DNA of 64,000 nt from contig MEWB01000001.1 in the NCBI GenBank assembly GCA_001773215.1, forward strand, positions 742,099 through 806,098. The letters are read 5' to 3'. Numbering within the stretch: position 1 is the stretch's first letter; each line of letters begins with the position of its first letter. Below are positions 58,239 through 64,000 of the stretch, in pieces. A model generated the notes under the pieces. It was not told the DNA's origin. It was given only the letters and a program-made list of their open reading frames with translations, and did not search any database. Source of the DNA: a candidate division WWE3 bacterium RIFOXYC1_FULL_40_10 (GTDB taxonomy: Bacteria; Patescibacteriota; WWE3; UBA101185; UBA10185). Both the position numbers and the translations under genes were made by a program.

Positions 58239-58275
58239 CGACGAATGTATCTTTTGTTGTATAATCTCATTATTA

Positions 58276-59481
58276 ATGTTTAAGCTGCCATTTTTAAATA
58301 AAACTCAAAAATCAGATAGATTTTTAACTATTCACATTAGCACTAGTGAAGTGAAATGCTTAGCCATTTACTGTGAAAACGGGATCTTCAAGATAATTGG
58401 ACATGGCATTGCCGAGCTCGAACCGGGAAATGTAAGAGGCGGGATAATAATAGATAAGGAGAAAGTGGCAACGGCCCTCCAGGACACAATAGAAAAAGCT
58501 ACGGAGCATTCCGAAGAAACCATTTCGGATGTAATTTTTGGTGTGGGAAGCAACCTTTGTACAAGTTTAATGACTACCATACGATCAAAAAGAGCCGCCA
58601 GAACTCCTATCGAAGAAAATGAATTAGAAGACTTATATAGCAAAGTAAACGAAACTGCATTCATTCAAGCCCAAAACGAATTTCTTGAAATTACAGGCGA
58701 TTCTGAGACTGAGCTGGTTTCGATAACCTCTTCAAACGTTTATCTAAAATCCGAAGGCCAAAAAGTGGATTCGTTGATTGGCAAGCCTGCCGGGGTAATT
58801 GAAATAGCTGTGTTCAACTCATACGCTCCAAATTATCACGTTAAAGCTCTTCAACAACTTGCTAAAAAGTGTGAACTTGATATCTTGGCCATCGGATCTG
58901 AACTCTACTCCCTTGTTCAAAATATTATTCAAACTAACAGGGAAACTCTGGATTTCGTAATATTAGACATTGGGACTGACTATACAAATGCTGCTGTTGT
59001 GTTTTCGGGTGGAGTGGTTTCGAACAAGAGTTTGAATATTGGATACTCACACTTTGTTGATGCATTAAATGACCGTATGGGAATAACTGTGGAAGAGTCC
59101 AGAAAGATACTGAGAACTTATTTGGCCGGCGGACTATCCCAATCGGAAGGGTTTGTGGTTTTGGAAGCTCTACGAGACGTGATAGAAGTGTGGCTATTGG
59201 GATTAGAAATGCTATTTAGAGAGTTTTACGGAGTAAAAACTTTCCCATCAAAAATATTTATAACAGGTGCGGGCGCGGATATAAAAGAAATATTGGATTC
59301 TATAAAAACAGAACCATGGACTAAGACTGTACCCTTTAAATCGCCTCCGGTATTTTCTAAACTAAGTTTTTCCGATTTACGGGATATAGTGGATAGCACC
59401 AGTAGGGTAAATAAGTCAGAGTGGGTTTCTGCAGCAAGCCTTGCAGTTATCTATAATGAGATAGGAAATCAAAATGACTAA
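58276..59481 (+). CDS. FtsA/PilM-like actin-fold ATPase
   Basis: Phosphate-1 (LTIHISTSEVKCLAI), connect and phosphate-2 (ILDIGTDYTNAAVVFSGGV) motifs, plus ITGAGA, at FtsA-like spacing. No ftsZ follows. Confidence 0.55.
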   Translation: MFKLPFLNKTQKSDRFLTIHISTSEVKCLAIYCENGIFKIIGHGIAELEPGNVRGGIIIDKEKVATALQDTIEKATEHSEETISDVIFGVGSNLCTSLMTTIRSKRAARTPIEENELEDLYSKVNETAFIQAQNEFLEITGDSETELVSITSSNVYLKSEGQKVDSLIGKPAGVIEIAVFNSYAPNYHVKALQQLAKKCELDILAIGSELYSLVQNIIQTNRETLDFVILDIGTDYTNAAVVFSGGVVSNKSLNIGYSHFVDALNDRMGITVEESRKILRTYLAGGLSQSEGFVVLEALRDVIEVWLLGLEMLFREFYGVKTFPSKIFITGAGADIKEILDSIKTEPWTKTVPFKSPPVFSKLSFSDLRDIVDSTSRVNKSEWVSAASLAVIYNEIGNQND

Positions 59482-60997
59482 ACTAGAACTGGAAATTTAC
59501 GAAGACGTTTTCGCTGTCACAAGCAAAATAAAGGAACTTAACGATTCTGGTATTGAGCTTATTATTCCGCAGGGATCAGTGTTATTCGAAAACATCTTGA
59601 ACCTAAAATTGTTAAAAGCACAAGCCGACAAGTTCGAAAAAACAGTTCAATTTACCACAAAAGATACGATAGGCAACACACTAATAGAAATGCTTGAGGA
59701 TAAAAGAGACACCTTTACCTCGACGGAACCGGAGACCGAAAGCCCTAAGGAAATAGTTGCCGTTCCAAAATATAAATTTAACTTTCCGAAAATAAATATG
59801 AAAGCGTTTAAACTACCCAAGTCCAACAAAGCAGTTTTGTTAATTCCTTTAATTTTAGTATTATTCGGAGCCCTTTACTGGTATGTAGGGAAAAAACAAA
59901 CAAAAGCTTTTGCCCAGGTTGTAGTAAAAACGGAACCTTTGGTTAGAAGTGTCACAGTAAGAATTGATGTTAATCAGGTAACTAATCCTGAAACGAAAAT
60001 TCTAAAGGGCGCAACCCTTGCTACTACATATGAAGGAACTCAAAAAATACCAACTACCGGAGAAAAAATTGAGGGTGAAAAAGCCGAAGGTGAAATCATT
60101 ATTTATAATATGACCGACACCGAGGTTAAGTTATCAAAAGGAACTGAATTAACTTACGACAAAGAAAGCTTAAAATTTGAATTAAAGGATGCGGTGACCG
60201 TTGCCGGAAAGTCGTTAACTTCCACCGACGAAACTGAAGGAACAGGCACTTACGTTTTCGGAGAAGCAAAGGCTAGTATAAGAGCAAAAGAAATCGGTGC
60301 CGAGTATAACCTGGATAAAGGGAGAGACTTGCTTGTTAAGAACTATTCCATATCTGAGATAAAAGTTAAAACCAACCAACAACTCTCAGGTGGAAAAAGC
60401 GAAAAAATAAGCGTGGTCACACAGGAAGATAGAACTGCCCTCTCAACAAAGCTTTTAGAGGAAAACAAACAGTTAGCCGGGGATTTGCTTAAAAAACAGC
60501 TGAAATCCGGAGAAAAGCTGGTGGCAGGATCGGAAAGCATAGCCATAGTTAAAGAATCATTCGATTTTAAGGTTGACGATAAAGCAAAGGAATTAACTCT
60601 GGTACAATCGGTTGAAATAAAAGGGTTGGTTTATAAAGTAAAGGAACTCGAAGAATTACTGGACAAACTTGCAGACAATCTAATCCCAGATGGTTACAAA
60701 GCAGCTAACCAGGCAAAGGAAATAAAAGCAGAGGTTCTGGGTAACTCGGATGGAAGTGTTGTAACACCTCTTATAGCCGATATTCAAGCGACCCTAAAAA
60801 CGTATATAATCCCCGATTACGACGAAGCAAAACTGAAGCAACAGCTCCTTAATAAAAACCCCGCTGAGTCCCAAAAAATTCTTGGGGGCTTGCGTGATAT
60901 AAAAACCTACGAATTCAAAATAACCCCGGGCATTCCATTCTTCCAGCGTGTCCCTACGGATCCAAATTTAATTACTATCAAAGTAGTAACCGAGTAA
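59474..60997 (+). CDS. Bitopic membrane protein (cytoplasmic ~110 aa, one TM, ~370-aa extracytoplasmic Lys/Glu/Thr-rich domain)
   Basis: Overlaps the upstream stop by 8 nt. Single TM KAVLLIPLILVLFGALYWYV. No known motif. Confidence 0.45.
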   Translation: MTKLELEIYEDVFAVTSKIKELNDSGIELIIPQGSVLFENILNLKLLKAQADKFEKTVQFTTKDTIGNTLIEMLEDKRDTFTSTEPETESPKEIVAVPKYKFNFPKINMKAFKLPKSNKAVLLIPLILVLFGALYWYVGKKQTKAFAQVVVKTEPLVRSVTVRIDVNQVTNPETKILKGATLATTYEGTQKIPTTGEKIEGEKAEGEIIIYNMTDTEVKLSKGTELTYDKESLKFELKDAVTVAGKSLTSTDETEGTGTYVFGEAKASIRAKEIGAEYNLDKGRDLLVKNYSISEIKVKTNQQLSGGKSEKISVVTQEDRTALSTKLLEENKQLAGDLLKKQLKSGEKLVAGSESIAIVKESFDFKVDDKAKELTLVQSVEIKGLVYKVKELEELLDKLADNLIPDGYKAANQAKEIKAEVLGNSDGSVVTPLIADIQATLKTYIIPDYDEAKLKQQLLNKNPAESQKILGGLRDIKTYEFKITPGIPFFQRVPTDPNLITIKVVTE

Positions 60998-61006
60998 TAC
61001 AGCTCA

Positions 61007-61420
61007 ATGGCAGATACCAAGACGTACATAGGGATAGATTATGGTGAAACCAACATAGGGGTAGCCCTGGGAAAGAATGGGTTAGTTAATCCTATAAGTG
61101 TGCTTTCCGGAAAAAACCCCCAGGTAGCTATTAACGAGCTTAACAAACTCGCTCTAAACAATAAGGTAGAATGTTTCGTAGTAGGAATTCCCCTAACAGC
61201 CGAGGGAAAAGAAACAAAAAAATCTTTAAAAATTAGACAATTTTCTAAATTACTTCGAGTATACTCAAAGAAAAAAGTTGTCTTTCAGGATGAACATCAC
61301 AGCTCGATGGATGCACAAAAAGAGATCTTGTCCGAAGGATTATCAAAGAAGAACAGACATACCATCGACCATTACTCTGCCGCATTGATATTAAAACGAT
61401 TTTTCGACGAGAATCAGTAA
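61007..61420 (+). CDS. ruvX: Holliday-junction resolvase-like RuvX/YqgF
   Basis: YIGIDYGETNIGVALG, then ECFVVGIPL, then DE...S, then DHYSAALIL: the RNase H-like YqgF pattern. 137 aa. Confidence 0.8.
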   Translation: MADTKTYIGIDYGETNIGVALGKNGLVNPISVLSGKNPQVAINELNKLALNNKVECFVVGIPLTAEGKETKKSLKIRQFSKLLRVYSKKKVVFQDEHHSSMDAQKEILSEGLSKKNRHTIDHYSAALILKRFFDENQ

Positions 61421-61428
61421 GAGGCTAA

Positions 61429-61650
61429 TTACTCAGCCTTTTCCACCTTCATCTTAACTTCTTTTGACTCACAGTGCATACACTCAAAATTCTCGCCGGG
61501 GAGCAAACAGGACGGGCACATATATACACCATCCTTAAGGACAAGTTCCTCTTGTTTGCAGGTATTACACAGGAAAATAACATCATCCTGTGATATTTCT
61601 CCGCAATTTGGACAGATAAATTTAGTATTGGGTTTTATAAGTTCTTCCAT
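61429..61650 (-). CDS. Double zinc-ribbon small protein (73 aa)
   Basis: CPNC...CNTC and CPSC...CMHC cysteine pairs. Confidence 0.5.
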   Translation of the reverse strand: MEELIKPNTKFICPNCGEISQDDVIFLCNTCKQEELVLKDGVYMCPSCLLPGENFECMHCESKEVKMKVEKAE

Positions 61651-61703
61651 ATAGCTATTTTACATAAATTTAATACTTAGTAAAAGATGCTAAAATTTAC
61701 TTA

Positions 61704-61886
61704 ATGGAAATTTTACTTCTTCTTTTGAAAATATACCTGATAATAGGCTTTATCTATGCGTCTTATATCTTTGTGAATAGACTAAACAGGTGGTATATGT
61801 TTCTAATAGACATATTAGTAGGCCCCCTTTTACTTGTATATGTTGTATACGCCGGAGTGATTAAAAAGAGAAAGGTGCCATTTTAG
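61704..61886 (+). CDS. Small two-TM membrane protein (60 aa)
   Basis: Hydrophobic ORF directly upstream of the HAD hydrolase gene. Confidence 0.3.
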   Translation: MEILLLLLKIYLIIGFIYASYIFVNRLNRWYMFLIDILVGPLLLVYVVYAGVIKKRKVPF

Positions 61887-62630
61887 ATGTATAAAAGACT
61901 TATAGAAGGAAAAAAAGCAATCTTCTTCGACTTGGATGGGACTCTAGTGGACAATGCTCACCTATGGAAAGCAGCGTATAACCGAGTTTTAGAAACTGAA
62001 CGAGGCGCAGGCCTATTTACAGTTGATGACTACTTTGAAATGGGAAAGTCTACCAAAGATCAATGGCTTAACCTAAAAGCAGTGTTAAAAATTGAAACCC
62101 CACTTCAAGAATTAATGGATAAAACTTATACAAACTACCTGCAGCTTGTTAAAGATAGTGAACTTGCACCAAGGGAAGGTTTTACAAGGTTAATGTTCGA
62201 TCTTAAAGACAAAGGACTAAAGATGGCACTAGTTACAGGAACTAAAAGGGATATTACGTCTGAGGTATTAGCCAAGATTCAAGTTGAAAATATCTTTGAT
62301 TTAGTTGTGTGCGGAGACGAAGTTAGAAGAGAGAAACCTGATCCCATGATTTACAAGTATGCTGCCAAAAAGCTTGGTGTAAAGCCAAAGGAAGTGTTGG
62401 TGTTTGAAGATTCTATGATCGGGGCACGCTCCGCAGCAAAAGCCGGCATGGACTTGGCTATATTATGGGACGGAGAAATACCCAGGTATGATTATCCTGG
62501 TAATGTAGTACTATTTTTGGGAGACTTTGTGGCATTGGGAGGAAACCTGGACAAAGATCTTTACGAAACGCTCAAAGACGCTGCCCAATATTTTACCGAT
62601 TTAAGAAATAACCCTGGAAAAGTGGATTAA
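61887..62630 (+). CDS. HAD-superfamily hydrolase (beta-phosphoglucomutase/phosphatase-like)
   Basis: FFDLDGTLVDN motif I, VTGT motif II, K...FEDS motif III/IV. Confidence 0.75.
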   Translation: MYKRLIEGKKAIFFDLDGTLVDNAHLWKAAYNRVLETERGAGLFTVDDYFEMGKSTKDQWLNLKAVLKIETPLQELMDKTYTNYLQLVKDSELAPREGFTRLMFDLKDKGLKMALVTGTKRDITSEVLAKIQVENIFDLVVCGDEVRREKPDPMIYKYAAKKLGVKPKEVLVFEDSMIGARSAAKAGMDLAILWDGEIPRYDYPGNVVLFLGDFVALGGNLDKDLYETLKDAAQYFTDLRNNPGKVD

Positions 62631-62884
62631 TCCACAAACTGAAATATTATGTGCTCGATTTTTAATATGTAGGTTGGTCTTTTGGCCCATTTTACAACCT
62701 TCCACAAGCTTTTCTCGTCACCGCTAACCAATAACTCGGCATCGTCCAAAGAGGAATAGTTGATATCTTCGTATTTCATGCCATGTAAACGAATCTTGGT
62801 TTTTAGCACCAGATCAGCCCAAAGCCTTTGAAACTTGCCTTTTATACGAATTTTTAGTTTTTTAGCCGAATTTTCTTTATTCAT
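62627..62884 (-). CDS. Hypothetical small basic protein (~85 aa from the internal ATG)
   Basis: MNKENSAKKLKIRIKGK... The track's longer version starts at 63019. Function unknown. Confidence 0.35.
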   Translation of the reverse strand: MNKENSAKKLKIRIKGKFQRLWADLVLKTKIRLHGMKYEDINYSSLDDAELLVSGDEKSLWKVVKWAKRPTYILKIEHIIFQFVD

Positions 62885-62974
62885 AGAACTCCTTTCCAGA
62901 CGATAGAACACTATAACACAGTATGTACCATTTAGCAACTCCCTTTTTGAACAGGGAAGCTGTATAATTGACTC

Positions 62975-63550
62975 ATGTATTTGCTTAAATCCTTCGTAAA
63001 AAACCCTGAAAAAACACACTACTACGGAGAGGACAACGATGAGCAGATCCTATTTGTATTTAGAGCAAGTATGTTAACAATAATTCCCTGGGTAACTCTC
63101 TCTGCCCTTTTTGCAATACTGCCTGTATTTGTTGTACCTGCACTTAGTTCTTTGCATTACAACGGAACAAATCTAATATCCGGAGGCTTTTTATTCTCAT
63201 TTTTGTTGTTTTGGTATTTATTCTCACTTGGTTATTTTTTTCAGAACTTTTTAAACTGGTACTTTAATGTACATATTGTTACCAGCAAAAAAATCGTTGA
63301 TATGGATTTTCATGGCATACTTTATAAGAATATTTCCGAAACTACCTTGACAAACATTGAGGATGTCACATCCACTGTAAAAGGAACCATTGGAATTGTT
63401 TTCAATATAGGTGATGTAATAATTCAAACTGCGGCGGAAAACCCTGAGTTTGAGTTTAGCAAGGTAGCAAACCCCGCTAAAATCAGGGACTTAATTGCAG
63501 ACTTAGTTGCTGTAAGGAGGAAAGATGACCCTAATAGACGTAATAACTAA
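62975..63550 (+). CDS. Two-TM membrane protein with a possible bacterial PH (DUF304-like) C-terminal domain
   Basis: Two TM helices followed by a ~90-aa beta-rich domain. Tentative. Confidence 0.4.
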   Translation: MYLLKSFVKNPEKTHYYGEDNDEQILFVFRASMLTIIPWVTLSALFAILPVFVVPALSSLHYNGTNLISGGFLFSFLLFWYLFSLGYFFQNFLNWYFNVHIVTSKKIVDMDFHGILYKNISETTLTNIEDVTSTVKGTIGIVFNIGDVIIQTAAENPEFEFSKVANPAKIRDLIADLVAVRRKDDPNRRNN

Positions 63551-63764
63551 CATTGCAACCCCCGGCGGATTTGTTACTTTTATTGAGCTAATAATCGTGC
63601 TCGTTATGGGCTTGTACGTACTCTACTCCTTTATAGTCTTAAGACAGGTCGATCTTATGAATAAGAGTTTAATGACCCCTGAGGGAAGTTTATTTAAATT
63701 ATTGGGGTGGTTTCACTTTGTATCCGCGCTAATTATTCTCTTTTTGGGTATAATGGCATTATGA
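63525..63764 (+). CDS. Small two-TM membrane protein (79 aa)
   Basis: Overlaps the upstream gene by 26 nt. Confidence 0.4.
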   Translation: MTLIDVITNIATPGGFVTFIELIIVLVMGLYVLYSFIVLRQVDLMNKSLMTPEGSLFKLLGWFHFVSALIILFLGIMAL

Positions 63765-64000
63765 AAAAACGCCTCATAGCAAAGTTGCAGAAATTGGAAC
63801 CTGCTTTAAATCCCGGGTCGAATGTTTTTTCAAAATGCATCTCGATAGAACCCGAGACCAAGGACAAGAGACTAAAAAAAGGTTTAGTATATGGTGTTTT
63901 TTCTTTTTCCTCTCCATACACTATTGATAGTGCAGTGGTTGAAAAAATAGTGAACGATGTAATCGAGGATTCCTATTATCAATCTGACAACATTTCCCCC
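63761..64000 (+). CDS. Partial hypothetical protein (N-terminal 80 aa; runs off the 3' window edge)
   Basis: The ATG overlaps the upstream TGA (ATGA). The ORF stays open to the window end. Confidence 0.3.
   Translation, partial: MKKRLIAKLQKLEPALNPGSNVFSKCISIEPETKDKRLKKGLVYGVFSFSSPYTIDSAVVEKIVNDVIEDSYYQSDNISP

Noticed and set aside
1-64000. Alternative genetic code (UGA as Gly/Trp, as in some CPR lineages and Mollicutes)
   Set aside because: Well-conserved genes terminate at TGA with the next gene starting immediately. Examples are tatC ending TGA followed by the tatA RBS, and pgk ending TGA inside the ATGA overlap. Protein lengths match expectations under code 11.
1-64000. CRISPR arrays, IS elements, integrases, rRNA operons
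   Set aside because: No short direct-repeat arrays, no transposase/integrase-like ORFs and no rRNA-like conserved stretches were seen by eye. Repeats noted (FG-GAP, beta-helix) are protein-level repeats inside CDSs.

Overview
This 64 kb window is densely coded on both strands and looks like a chromosomal segment of a low-GC, genome-streamlined bacterium with a Gram-positive-type envelope toolkit. The gene content resembles Candidate Phyla Radiation / Patescibacteria; that assignment is inference from gene content only. The standard genetic code is in use: TGA-terminated genes abut the next start, and long ORFs are intact.

Recognisable housekeeping genes:
- tatD, metG, rmuC, ksgA, trxA, lepA, murJ, rpsT, rnhA and ruvX.
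- Two UvrD-family helicases, one fused to a C-terminal PD-(D/E)XK/Cas4-like nuclease.
- gap-pgk-tpiA, groES-groEL behind a CIRCE operator, tatC-tatA and hrcA-grpE-dnaK.

Envelope genes:
- A partial UbiA-family prenyltransferase, an MraY/WecA-like transferase and two GT2 glycosyltransferases (one processive, QxxRW).
- A tandem FemAB pair, a PBP5-like DD-carboxypeptidase, an LCP protein, a sortase and a Wzz-like protein.
- A 1021-aa FG-GAP surface protein and a PilN/PilO-like pair.

I saw no rRNA, tRNA, CRISPR array, transposase or integrase by eye; a tRNAscan/Infernal run is still needed.

The most notable items:
1. A ferredoxin-like ORF plus a truncated aldehyde:ferredoxin-oxidoreductase (AOR) N-domain protein sits between pgk and tpiA.
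2. A Tat-centred secretion neighbourhood contains tatC, a tatA missed by the ORF track, an RR-motif small protein, a signal-less 800-aa beta-helix protein, a lipoprotein and an ABC exporter.
3. A TraD/VirD4-like coupling ATPase lies next to an FtsA/PilM-like actin-fold protein and a bitopic membrane protein.
4. Several small orphan cassettes appear modestly GC/codon-shifted by eye and carry consensus promoters and strong terminators.
5. Consensus -10 boxes sit only 6-9 nt upstream of several start codons, suggesting leaderless mRNAs.
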